This document shows, one piece after another, positions 41,396 through 52,216 of a DNA stretch of 64,000 nt; the first letter of the stretch is position 1; every line of letters starts with the position of its first letter. The stretch spans positions 32,001-96,000 of the forward strand of contig CAWDOY010000054.1 of the NCBI GenBank assembly GCA_963803975.1. Reading direction: 5' to 3'. The translations under genes were made by a program, and so were the position numbers. This DNA comes from an uncultured delta proteobacterium (GTDB lineage Bacteria; Desulfobacterota; WTBG01; CAIYCZ01). The notes below the pieces were generated by a model that worked only from the letters and a program-made list of their open reading frames with translations, made no database searches and was not told the origin of the DNA.

Positions 41396-41573
41396 GTGCG
41401 AAAGGCCCGGTTGTTAAACAGCGGGGATACCAGCTCACAGAAACATATGCTTGATCAGCACTGCAGAGCTTAGTAAAGGACCTTTCAGGAAATCATCCTG
41501 TCTGGATGCACGGTACAGGCAATTGTTATGCTACCAAGTGATGCGAGGCACCGGGAGCCTCACTTGAGGCTCT

Positions 41574-41804
41574 CTATTCAATAATCTCCAGTACCGCTCT
41601 CTTGCCGAGCTTTGCTGATGCAGCGGAAAGAATAGTCCTGATTGACTGGGCGGTTTTGCCGTGTTTTCCAATAATCTTCCCCAGGTCGCCTTTTGCCACT
41701 CTCAGTTCAATTACCGACGTCTGCTCTCCCTCAACTTCATTCACCGATACCTCATCCGGATTGTCCACAAGTGCCTTTGCAATGTATTTTACTAATTCTT
41801 TCAT
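41574..41804 (-). CDS. khpA: KH-domain RNA-binding protein
   Basis: [26 protein letters not shown]. Confidence 0.94.
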   Translation of the reverse strand: MKELVKYIAKALVDNPDEVSVNEVEGEQTSVIELRVAKGDLGKIIGKHGKTAQSIRTILSAASAKLGKRAVLEIIE

Positions 41805-41874
41805 GGTACCTCCGCTGTTATACGTTGCTGCAATGCCTGATTACAGAAACACCTGTATTAGTAATGCAAGGCGG

Positions 41875-42141
41875 TTACTGAGCAGGTGGAGTAGGTTTTT
41901 GGAAAACGCCCCCTTTTTTTAACACCTGAGTTGCCGACTGTGTCGGTTGGGCCCCTTTTGCAATCCACGCTAATGCTTTATCTTTGTTTATCTTTGCCGT
42001 AGCCGGCGCGCTGCAGGGGTCATAGGTTCCCAGCATATCAATAAACCTTCCATCGCGAGGTGACGTATCCTTAGCCACAACTATTCTATAAAACGGTCTT
42101 TTTTTCTTGCCATATCTAGCGAGGCGAATTTTAACAGCCAT
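41875..42141 (-). CDS. rpsP: 30S ribosomal protein S16
   Basis: MAVKIRLARYGKKKRPFYRIVV, RDGRFI, GAQPT. Confidence 0.98.
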   Translation of the reverse strand: MAVKIRLARYGKKKRPFYRIVVAKDTSPRDGRFIDMLGTYDPCSAPATAKINKDKALAWIAKGAQPTQSATQVLKKGGVFQKPTPPAQ

Positions 42142-42454
42142 AGTTAGGTATCTATTGTCCTCCTTTCAATTAGATTTGTGCTATGCTTGTAAGTGGTTTA
42201 TCATGCAGTCTCATAGCACAATAACTGCATCTTTTTTAATTTAATGGGAAAATGTATAATTTATATGTATTATATTTTTTTTGTCAAGGGAAATTATTTT
42301 ATAGTAACAGAAATTTAGCTGACAGGGAAGATAATAGGAAAAAATAAAATATAGCATATCCTCTCCGAGATGGCTTCGGCTAAGAGAGAAAAATATCCTT
42401 GCAATGCTAAAAACCCTATGATAATTTTTTTATTAAAATGTTTCTACACATTTT

Positions 42455-42910
42455 ATGCATAGTTACTCTGCAGCCGTTCACATAAAAACTACCAGCAATC
42501 TCGATATCATTAATATCAGCCCCCAGATAGAAGATCTTGTTGCCCGCCATGAGGTTCTCACGGGATTCCTGCTTCTTTTTATCGCCGGGTCAACAGCGGC
42601 ATTAACAACGATCGAATATGAACCGGGTGCGGTACATGACCTCAAGCAGGCTATCGAACGGATTGCACCGCAGGGTCTGCCCTATGAACATGACCGGCGC
42701 TGGGGGGATGGCAATGGGTATGCCCATGTCAGGGCAGCGCTGCTGGGCCCATCGCTCACCATACCGTTAAAGGAAGGACGGCTGCAGCTGGGCACCTGGC
42801 AGCAAATCGTGCTGTGCGATTTTGATAACCGGCCGCGCCTGCGTGAGGTTATCGTGCAGCTGCAGGGGTATGCAGAGCCGGTAACGCGTGCGTTCAGACA
42901 TGGTGAATAA
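42455..42910 (+). CDS. YjbQ/UPF0047 family protein
   Basis: GSTAALTTIEYE, NGYAHVRA, LGTWQQI..DFD. Confidence 0.9.
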   Translation: MHSYSAAVHIKTTSNLDIINISPQIEDLVARHEVLTGFLLLFIAGSTAALTTIEYEPGAVHDLKQAIERIAPQGLPYEHDRRWGDGNGYAHVRAALLGPSLTIPLKEGRLQLGTWQQIVLCDFDNRPRLREVIVQLQGYAEPVTRAFRHGE

Positions 42911-43885
42911 ATTCAAGGCAAAAACTGATAAGCGTTATGGTAGCGACACCTTAACCTTTGATGATCCGGGGCTGGTCAGGCTGCTCTGCGGGGAGCATGA
43001 TACCTACCTGAAGCTCATAGACAGGGAGTTTGCTGTTTCCGTGTCAGTCAGGGGGCATGAGGTAACCATCGGGGGAGATACGGGAGCGGTCTGCCGCGGC
43101 AAAGCGCCTGCTGCAGAATCTTTACTTTATCCTGGAGTCCGATCACGCGCTGATCCTGGATGATGTCCAGCGCGCCATAACCATGATTAAGGACAATGAC
43201 GCGGCAAATCCCCGGGAGGTGCTGCTGGACACGATTCTTGTTTCCTCTAAGCGGCGCTCGATACACCCGAAAAGCTATTGCCCAGAAGCTTTATACGGAC
43301 GCCATACGAAACTATGATATGGTGATCGGTATCGGTCCTGCCGGGACGGGCAAGACCTATCTGGCCATGGCCATGGCGCTTGCCTCGTTCATGAAGAAAG
43401 AGGTCGACCGGATCATATTAACGCGGCCTGCTGTTGAAGCTGGGGAAAAGCTGGGGTTCCTTCCCGGGGATTTGTATGAAAAGGTGAACCCGTACCTGCG
43501 ACCCCTCTATGATGCGCTCCATGATATGATAGAGATGGACAAGGTGGTGGATTTTCTCCGCCAGGGGATCATTGAAGTTGCGCCGCTTGCGTTCATGCGC
43601 GGCAGAACCCTCAATGATTCATTTGTTATCCTGGATGAGGCGCAGAATACCACCTCCGAGCAGATGAAAATGTTTCTCACGCGCCTCGGATTTAACTCAA
43701 AAGCGGTCATCACCGGCGATGTTACCCAGACCGATCTGCCGGCGGGCAAGACTTCGGGACTTATTGAAGCACAGCGGGTACTGGCAGGCGTGCCGGGCAT
43801 TCGCTTTATCTATTTTACCGAAAAGGATGTGGTGCGCCATCCGCTGGTTCAGGAGATTGTCAAAGCCTACGAAGCGTATTCCTGA
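42900..43885 (+). CDS. phoH: PhoH-like ATPase; frameshifted in the 5' part
   Basis: [39 protein letters not shown]. Confidence 0.92.
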
Positions 43886-43963
43886 TGGATGTATGCAATA
43901 AAATACTTTGCCGAAACTACTATGCTGAAACTGTTTACTTTCCGGCCTGACAAAAAAACAAAA

Positions 43964-46339
43964 ATGAAAGATACCATGGAAAAAAGCACCGTGCTCAGGT
44001 ACTTAATAAACCCGTCCCTGCACCGGGTCATTATCGGGTTTCTGCTGAGCGCCGTGATTGCCCTGCTCATCCCGCCTCAGCTTTCCCTCCGCACCGATAC
44101 CTACCAGCTGGGTGATATCTCGCGTGATAATATCAGGGCTCCCCAGGATTTTTCAGCAGAGGATGTGCTGTCCACGGACAAGATAAAACAGGAAAAACAG
44201 GCTGCGGTCCTCTCGGTGTATGATTTTAACTCAAAGGCAGACGAGGATATCGACAAGAGAGTCACCACGGCATTTTCTGTGATGCGGGAAGCGGTGAAGC
44301 GCTTTAAGAAACATGAGCTGCTGCTCGATACAATGGAGACATGATTTTGAGAAAATTCTGCGCCTAAAGGTAACTGACAGCGATTTTGATCTGCTGCTGC
44401 GGCAGCGGTTCAGCAATAATCTTGAAGAGCACCTGCTGGACCTGGCACTGCCCTTTGGCCAGCGGGAGGTGGTTCTGTCAAAAGAACAGCTGCTGCGGGA
44501 ATGGGGCCGCAGAGTCACCCTGAAAGACATCCACACCAGAGAAGAGGTGGTGCTGGAGGATTACTCCCGCCTGCTTGATCTTAAGGATGTCCAGCTGCTC
44601 ATGCGGCAGGGAAGCGCGCAAAACACTGGAAAAGTTCCGGGAAGAGGAGCGCAGCGTCATCCTGGCGCTGGCGATAAAGCTGGTCGAGCCTAACTTTACC
44701 TTCAACAAAATTGAGACCGAGGCCCGGAAAGCTGCTGCGGTGCAGTCAGTAAGCCCGGTCTATGTCAAAGTGAAAAAGGGGGAGATAATTATCCGGGAAG
44801 GGGAGCGGATCAGCGAGACAGCGCTGGCAAAACTTGCGGGCCTGATGCAGGTAAACGGGTATCAGAGTGTCGCCTGGACGCTGGCCGGATATTTTTTGCT
44901 CACCTTTTCTTCCCTGTTTTTTATTTACCATTTCACCGTCAGTAATCTTGAAAACCCGCTCAATTTCCACCCGCGATTTTATTTTTCTGAGCACCACCCT
45001 GCTGCTTTTTATCCTGCTGCTCAAGCTCTCCATCATTACCGCCAGGGCATTCGATAGCGGCTCATCCTTCATCCCGCTGAATTCATTTTTTTATGCCATT
45101 CCCTTTGCCCTGGTGTCCATTGTGATCAGCGTGGTGCTGAATGCGCAGCTGGCAGCAATAGGGGCAATAGTCATCTCCATTCTTTCCGGCATTCTCATAG
45201 ACAACCAGATCACATTTTTTATCTATCCCTTCATCAGCTGCCTGCTGGCGGCCCAGGAAGTCACCCAGTGCCGGGAGCGCAAAACCCTTATCAAGGCAGG
45301 ACTCAAGGTCGGGCTCTTCAACAGCATCATTATCGTTGCCATTGCCATCCTCAGGGGCAATGTGCTTTCCCTTGAGACCGTTTTAAACATTGTGCTGGGT
45401 ATGATGGGCGGGGTGCTGGCAGGAATTCTTGCTACCGGCATTATTCCCATCATTGAGATTGTTTTCAACTACACGACCAATATTAAGCTGCTGGAGCTGG
45501 GCGACCTCAATCAGCCGGCGCTGCGGGACCTCATCATTTCCGCGCCGGGCACCTATCACCACAGCATTATTGTGGGGAGCCTGGTGGAGGCTGCTGCTGA
45601 AGTTATCCAGGCAAATCCACTGATGGCCAGGGTGAGCGCCTATTATCATGATATCGGCAAGATGAAAAAGCCGCTCTATTTCGTGGAGAATCAAAAGGGC
45701 GGCGAAAACAGGCATGACAAGCTTCTGCCCAGCATGAGCAGCCTCATCCTCATTTCCCATGTCAAGGACGGCGTTGAGATTGCAAAAAAGAACCGCCTCG
45801 GGAAAAGCATCCAGGATATTATCTGCCAGCACCACGGCACCAGCATCAACTACTTCTACCAGAAGGCAAAAGACTTGAATACCGCCGCCGGCCAGCCGGT
45901 CAGCGACAAGGACTTCCGCTATCCCGGCCCGAAACCGCAGACCAAGGAGGCGGGGCTGGTGATGCTTGCCGATGCTGTGGAAGCAGCATCGAAAACCCTG
46001 ACAGAGCCGACGCCGGCGCGCATCCAGGGCATGGTTAATCGCATCATCACCAATATTTTTACCGACGGGCAGCTTGATGAATGCGAGCTGACCCTGAAGG
46101 ATATCCATCTTATCGGCCAGAGTTTTATCAGAATTTTAAACGGCATTTTTCATGCACGTGTTGAATACCCGGAGAAACAGGAAAAGGAAGCAAATGGCAG
46201 CGCAAAAAACCAGGGTTCTGATCAAAAACCGGCAAAGCCGGACCGCGATCGACCCGCGCCGGATAAGGAAAATGGCGACCGCGATCCTGGACGCCTTGAA
46301 GTTGTCACATCCCGAGATAAGTATTCTGCTATTGGATGA
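43964..46339 (+). CDS. 7TM-HD (HDIG) phosphohydrolase, PgpH/YqfF-like c-di-AMP phosphodiesterase; frameshifts at about 44340, 44610 and 44945; start uncertain
   Basis: VKKGEIIIREGE, transmembrane block, APGTYHHS, YYHDIGK, HHGT, YPGPKPQTKE, LADAVEAAS; lies between phoH and ybeY. Confidence 0.88.
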
Positions 46340-46665
46340 CCGGCAGATACGAGGAGCTGAACCGCACCTACCTCAGCCGCGACTACCCGACTGATGTTTT
46401 GTCCTTCCCCATGGCCGAAGGGCCGTTTCCGGCTGTCCAGCCGCACATCCTGGGCGATGTCGTTATTTCCGTGGAAACTGCGCTGCGGCAGGCTGAAGCG
46501 CGGCAGGCGGGGCTGCATGAGGAGCTGGCCTTCCTGCTCATCCACGGCATACTGCATCTCACCGGCTATGACCACGAGCAGGGCGGCAGTGAACAGCGCC
46601 GGATGCGGCGGATGGAGCAAAAGCTGCTCAAAACGCTGCTGGCGGAAGGGCTGCTTTCCGCATAG
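46194..46665 (+). CDS. ybeY: rRNA maturation endoribonuclease; frameshift at about 46349
   Basis: ISILLLDD...ELNRTY...PTDVLSF, LGDVVIS, HGILHLTGYDH. Confidence 0.92.
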
Positions 46666-46881
46666 CGGTACTGGACGAACGCACGCTGTTTTAGCTCTTG
46701 CCCGGGAGTGCTGCTCGTGATACTACATACTACCCGATTCTTAACAACAGCGTTCAGTGTGAATAAAAGAGTACCGGAGGCAGGGAGTTGTGGAGCTGTA
46801 AACCTTCTGCACTCCTGTACCCTGCAGCCCTGAAACGCAGGGGCTCTGTGGTTAATTTATTTTCAGAAAGGTGGAGCTGAT

Positions 46882-47667
46882 ATGAAACTTGATGAACAGG
46901 TAATTACCCGGGCGATTATTGAACGGTTCAGCAAAAAATTACTCGATAATCTGAGCCTGGATGTAGCCGTGGTCGGCGGCGGCCCCGCGGGTTTAGTTGC
47001 AGCCTATTATCTTGCCAGGGGAGGCTGCAAGGTTGCCCTCTTTGAGAGAAAGCTGAGCATCGGCGGCGGCATGTGGGGCGGCGGCATGATGTTTAATGAA
47101 ATCGTGGTGCAGGAAGAAGGAAAAAGAATTCTTGATATGTTTAAAATCGGCTGCAGGAAGTATAAGACGGGCTACTACACCGCTGATTCAGTAGAAACGG
47201 TAAGCACCCTCTGCTCTTGTGCCGCAAAGGCCGGGGTCACGATTTTCAATCTCATGAGCGTTGAAGATGTTATGGTGCGGGACAACCGGGTCACCGGGGT
47301 GGTCATCAACTGGACGGCGGTGGAGATGGCCAGCCTGCACGTTGACCCGCTCTGCGTGCGCTCAAAGTTTGTCATTGATGCAACCGGACACCCGATCGAA
47401 GTCATCAAGGTCATCGAGCGAAAAGTTGATGCAGAGCTTCTTACGCCTTCAGGAAAAGTTGAGGGAGAAAAGTCCATGTGGGCGGATGTGGCAGAGCGGA
47501 CCACGCTTGAAAATACCCGCGAGGCATTTCCCGGCGTGTATGTGGCCGGCATGTCAGCCAACGCCACCTTCGGCAACTTCCGCATGGGGCCTATTTTTGG
47601 CGGTATGCTCCTTTCCGGAGAAAAGGCAGCCAAGCTCATCATACAGCGGCTCAAGGAAAAACAGTAA
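46882..47667 (+). CDS. thi4: Sulfide-dependent adenosine diphosphate thiazole synthase (non-Cys THI4)
   Basis: [13 protein letters not shown] (His where suicidal THI4s have Cys), [18 protein letters not shown]. Confidence 0.93.
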   Translation: MKLDEQVITRAIIERFSKKLLDNLSLDVAVVGGGPAGLVAAYYLARGGCKVALFERKLSIGGGMWGGGMMFNEIVVQEEGKRILDMFKIGCRKYKTGYYTADSVETVSTLCSCAAKAGVTIFNLMSVEDVMVRDNRVTGVVINWTAVEMASLHVDPLCVRSKFVIDATGHPIEVIKVIERKVDAELLTPSGKVEGEKSMWADVAERTTLENTREAFPGVYVAGMSANATFGNFRMGPIFGGMLLSGEKAAKLIIQRLKEKQ

Positions 47668-47765
47668 CTCTAAAAAAAACACGAACAAGCTTGCCGGGCA
47701 TTGGCAGCTTGATGGCTCTGTCAACAGGCGGCAAGCCCCGTCATTGAAACGGAGCACTGCAAATT

Positions 47766-47811
47766 AAAAAGGGCCGTGTGGTGTAGTCAGCTCACCGCAC
47801 AGCCCTTTTTT
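47766..47811. terminator. Bidirectional intrinsic terminator
   Basis: AAAAAGGGCCGTGTGG...CCGCACAGCCCTTTTTT between convergent genes. Confidence 0.8.
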
Positions 47812-47830
47812 ACTATCAAACAACAGGCAG

Positions 47831-49595
47831 CTATTGAACTTTTATGTTCAGACCGTCAAGCAGATAGCCATCCTTCAGACCCATGAGCACAAGCTCAATG
47901 TCCATCTGCAGTTTAAGGCTGCCGCTGTCTTTGATCTCTTCAAGATAGTCAAGCATGCCGGCAAGCGCCTTAGATGAGAGCGTTGCAGGCCTGCCCTGTA
48001 CCAGAGCCTCCACCACACCTATGTTATCGTTCACCAGCTCCTTGAGCCGTGCTCTCAAAGCGGGCTTCTCGTCCAGCAGGGCGCTGATCTCAGCGGTATC
48101 CTGGTAATAAAGCGAGGTCAGCAACATTACCGGCAGATCATCAAGGCTTGCATCCCGCGCTGCCCGCAGCGTCTCAATCTGGCTGCGGCTGTCAACTGAC
48201 GCAATGATTGCACAGCGTGATTTCACGGTGATATAGTTTTCACGCATCTTTTGTGCGGTTTTACTATTATTGTCACCACCGGTGACGGTCAGGATGACAC
48301 TATAGGTTCCGCGTTTCTGATACACATGGCTGGGATTCTTCTCAATACTTACACCGCCATCGCCGAAGTTCCATGAATAGGAGGTGATGTCCCCGCCGCT
48401 CAGATTAGTGAACTGTACCTGCATCCCAACCCTTCCCGCAAGAGGACTGCCGATAAAGTCAGCACCAACCTCACCGGGAGGGACAATTGAGGTCGTAACA
48501 GTGCCGGGGATGGTTGTTGTGGTGCCGCCCGGTATGGTGGTCGTTGTGTTGCCACCCGGGATCGTGGTGGTTGTGCCACCGGGAGTTGTTGTGGTTGTAT
48601 TGCCACTTACCGTGGTTGTGGTGGTAATCGGATCAGGAGTGTATTTCAGAATCATGCCATCGGTGCCAACAGCATAAGCGACAGAGCCGTCAGGGCTTGT
48701 CCAGACGCCAAAAAGGTCGCTTGTGGTGTTGAAGTTTTCCGCGACAAAACCTGCTCCCCTATTGTGCACGATTGTTCCCTGCACGCCTACGGCAAAGATG
48801 TTGGATGCGGAGCTGCCGAAGACTGAATAGAGCTTCTGGGTTGTGCCGCTTGAAACGCCAAGCCAGCTTGTGCCGTTAGACTGTAGTATTAAGCCTGTTG
48901 AACCGGCAACATAAATATCTGAAGCTGTATTTCCCCATATGGAATAGAGTGCAATATTCTCATCACCACCATACTGTTGTTCCCATTTTTCGCCATCATA
49001 GTGAAAAAGTCTTCCATAACTGCCGGCCGCTGTTGTGCAATATAAATTGGTCGAGCTGAAAGCCCAGATGCCGGCAATTTTTGATGAACCGGTGGGCGGT
49101 TCAGGATCATACGCAGTCCACCCGGTGCCGTCAAAACGTATAAACCAGCCATTAATTGATCCGAGAAACACATTTGCAGCGGACGAGCCACGGACGGAGT
49201 ATAGATCTGTATCGTTAAAATCATTCTGGTCCTTATAATCCACCAGGGGTTCTGCCCCCCACGTGGTGCCGGCAGCTGTTTTGTGAAGCAGCGTCCCGTT
49301 TTCGCCAACAGCATAAATATTTGTTTCAGAAAGTCCCCAGACAGCATTAAGTTTTTCGGTTGTCCCGGAAGTTTCAGCTGTCCAGGCGGTCCCATCATAA
49401 TGCAGTATTGCCCCGTCCTGACCAACAGCATAGATGTTTGAAGGCGATGTGCCCCAGATGCCGTATAAAGTCTTTGTGGAATTTGCCGGCGTTACATCTG
49501 GTCCAGCCTGCTTGAGCAGCCTGCGCCGAGACCAGAAGCGCTATCATCGCTATCATGACCAGAACTGATTTTTTTGCCCTTCTCCGCTTATCCAT
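47831..49595 (-). CDS. Secreted beta-propeller-like repeat protein with Thr-rich linker, PKD domain and CFI-box-CTERM-like C-terminus; frameshifted near the 5' end
   Basis: Signal peptide; repeats L(Y/F)(S/G)(V/I)WG....I(Y/F)AVG..G.I; TTTIPGG repeats; YSWNFGDG; C...LR..RD..L...LYY. Confidence 0.8.
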
Positions 49596-49717
49596 TTCCT
49601 TCTCCTTCCATTAAATTAAATGTTTTTACCTTTTGTGTGGAACAATACAGAAAACTACACATGGTGTCAACCTGATAGTAGGGTGAAATACATAACGTCG
49701 TGGGAAAAAGATAAAAC

Positions 49718-49759
49718 AAGGCAGGCTTTTTATTGCGTTAATAAATAAGCCTGCCTTTT
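49718..49759. terminator. Terminator-like hairpin downstream of ferritin
   Basis: AAGGCAGGCTT...AAGCCTGCCTT. Confidence 0.65.
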
Positions 49760-49789
49760 GGGGATGCTGTTACTATAATTTAATAGATA

Positions 49790-50326
49790 CTATGCTGCCT
49801 GCGTATACGCTGCAGGGTCAAGAGGTGAGCCCGGGGTGAAAACTCTTGTCCCAAGCTCGCGGTCAACCATCAAGAGGCCCTCTTTGCTGTTGCCAATCAT
49901 CTCAAGCTCTTTAACTACCTTGTCAGTGTTCTTCTCTTCCTCGATCTGCTCGTTGGCAAACCAGTGGAGCAGGGGCTCAGAATTGTAGTCGTTTTCTTCG
50001 CGGGATATTTTTATGAGCTCATTTATTTTCCCGGTTATGAACTGCTCATGCCCGTAGGCATCCTTCCACGCCTCAAGCGGTGACTTCCACGTGGTTTTAA
50101 GCTGTTTCAGGTCCAGAAGCTTGACGCTGCCGCCGCGGTCAATGATGTGGTCGAAAAACTTCATGGCATGAATCATTTCCTCGTGGGCCTGGCAGCGCAT
50201 CCAGTGGGCCATGCCGTCCAGGTTCTGTTCATGGAAATAGGCTACCATGGAAAGATATATATAGTATGATTCAAGCTCATGCTTGATCTGCATGTTCATT
50301 GCCTCGCACATTCGTTTGGCGATCAT
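49790..50326 (-). CDS. ftnA: Non-heme ferritin
   Basis: QIKHELESYYIYLSM, QAHEEMIHAMK, HEQFIT, WFANEQIEEE. Confidence 0.93.
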   Translation of the reverse strand: MIAKRMCEAMNMQIKHELESYYIYLSMVAYFHEQNLDGMAHWMRCQAHEEMIHAMKFFDHIIDRGGSVKLLDLKQLKTTWKSPLEAWKDAYGHEQFITGKINELIKISREENDYNSEPLLHWFANEQIEEEKNTDKVVKELEMIGNSKEGLLMVDRELGTRVFTPGSPLDPAAYTQAA

Positions 50327-50386
50327 GTTCAGCCCTCCTTGATACGTTGAAGTTTAGTATTGTAGAATTAATATAAACTATAGCAT

Positions 50387-52028
50387 TTATTTCTTCTGCT
50401 GGCGAATTTCTTCTTTAATGCGCTGAATATGGCCGCGGCCAAGCGCTTTCACCTCGCAGCCAAGCTCAAAATACCGGCGGATCTGCTCATCGGTGAGAAT
50501 CCCGAAACAGTCAATGACTGCCACGGGAGCCCCTGCCCACGCTACTCACCTCATCAGGGTTAAGCTTCAGGTACGGCGCGTGCCGCACGGCAAGCACCAG
50601 CGCCTCCATGCCCTTCATGGCAGCCGGCAGATCCTTCTGCACCCGGAGGTTCACCAGCTCCTGCTGGTTGCGGAAAAACCTGCCCCAGGACTGTCCCGGC
50701 GCCGGGTAGGTATCCTGGGTTTCCAGCTCATACCAGTGGTCCACGTAGGGGTCGTGAACGTTGAGCTCCGCGCCCATCTCGGTCAACTTGCGCACCACCA
50801 GCTCCGAGCCGCTGTAGCGCGTGTCGCCCACATCTTCCCGGTAGCTTGCGCCGCACAGCAGCACGCGGGCTCCGGCGATGTATTTCCCCATGTTGCGCAG
50901 GGCATCGCGCGTCAGCTCCGCCACATGCAGGGCGCGCGTGTCGTTGACATCAATGGCGGTGGTGGTAATTTTAAAAATATCATCCTCAAACCCCAGGATA
51001 TGCTTATAGGCCCAGTAGCCAAGCCCCCCGTCCTTGGGCAGGCAATAGCCGCCGATGCCGGGGCCGGGGAAGATGATATTACTGTGGGTGGGGCGCACCT
51101 TGATGGCTTTGATTACCTTGGTCAGGTCAACGCCGTTGCGCTCGGCGAACAGGCTCCATTCATTAAGGAACGCAAGGATTGTGGCGCGGTAGGAGTTTTC
51201 CACAATCTTGGTGGTCTCCGATTCTATGGGGCGGTCCATAACGGTCAGGGGAAAATCTTTAGTATTCAGAACCTCCTCAAGAAATTTTACCACCCGTTTG
51301 CGGGCTGTCTCATTGCACCCGGAGCAGACCCTCCAGAAATCGCGGATGGAGCGCACGTATTCTTTCCCCGGCATCACGCGCTCAAAGCTGTGGGCAAGCA
51401 GGGGCTCTGACTGAATGCCGCGGCTGCGGAAGGCTTTCTGCATGATGGGATAGGCAACAAATTCCGTGGTGCCCGGCGCGACCGTGGTCTCAATGAGAAC
51501 CAGGCACTCCGCAGACACCCGCTCGCCGATGGTCTTCATGGTGGCTTCCAGCGCGCCCATCTCTGCCTCGCCGGTGCGCAGGTTGCCGAGATCGCACTTG
51601 GTGTAGTCGCACTGCACATCCACCACCACGCAGTCAGCCAGCTTCAGGCAGTCGCTGTTGTAGGTGGCGATAAGGGTCTTCTTCTCTTGCACGCAGCGCG
51701 CTATCATCGGGTCCACTTCCGGGTCTTCAGCTTTAACCGGTGATTCCCCGCGGTTCAGCAGCGGTATCTTCCAGTAGCTGCGGGTGCTCGGCCGCTGGCA
51801 GCCGATGACAAACTTGGAGGGCTTGCCGGTCTTTTTATCCGTGGTGTCAGCTATGATGGCGGCCATCACCGCGCCGACAAAACCCACGCCCATCACCACG
51901 ACAATCTCTTTTCCTTCGCTGCGGGCCTGCTTCACCAGGCTTTCAATGCGCGCGTACTCTGCTGCATACTCTTCTTTTTGCGGAAGGGGGAACTTTTCAC
52001 CGCTGGGGCTGTCTGAATACTGTGCCAT
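50387..52028 (-). CDS. Nucleotide-sugar dehydrogenase (UDP-glucose/GDP-mannose dehydrogenase family); frameshift near 50545
   Basis: GVGFVG, ETTVAPGTT, ETTKIVENSYR, PGPGIGGYCLPKD, YREDVGDTR. Confidence 0.9.
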
Positions 52029-52216
52029 ATGTGTTCTCCTGTTAAATTTTAATAATATTTGCTGTCTGCTGACAGATTTCAAGCTTCACTGGTTATAGAC
52101 AAGGGGTTGTTAGGTGTCAATGAAAATAAGAAATATTTGACAGTATATACCGGCAAAACTATACTTGGGTTAGCATTTATCATTTATATGTACACGTAAG
52201 TATCGGGAGAACATGC

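Noticed and set aside
42176..42221. 10-bp inverted repeat TTGTGCTATG/CATAGCACAA upstream of rpsP as a ribosomal leader
   Set aside because: A single hairpin with no comparative support.
46666..46881. TPP riboswitch upstream of thi4
   Set aside because: No CTGAGA or CCTGA core found; the region looks like a degenerate short-repeat hairpin.
50493..51410. Long antisense ORFs (also 38256-39086, 45383-46108, 62038-62736 and those over kdpA)
   Set aside because: Shadow frames opposite well-supported genes in GC-rich coding DNA, with no recognisable motifs.
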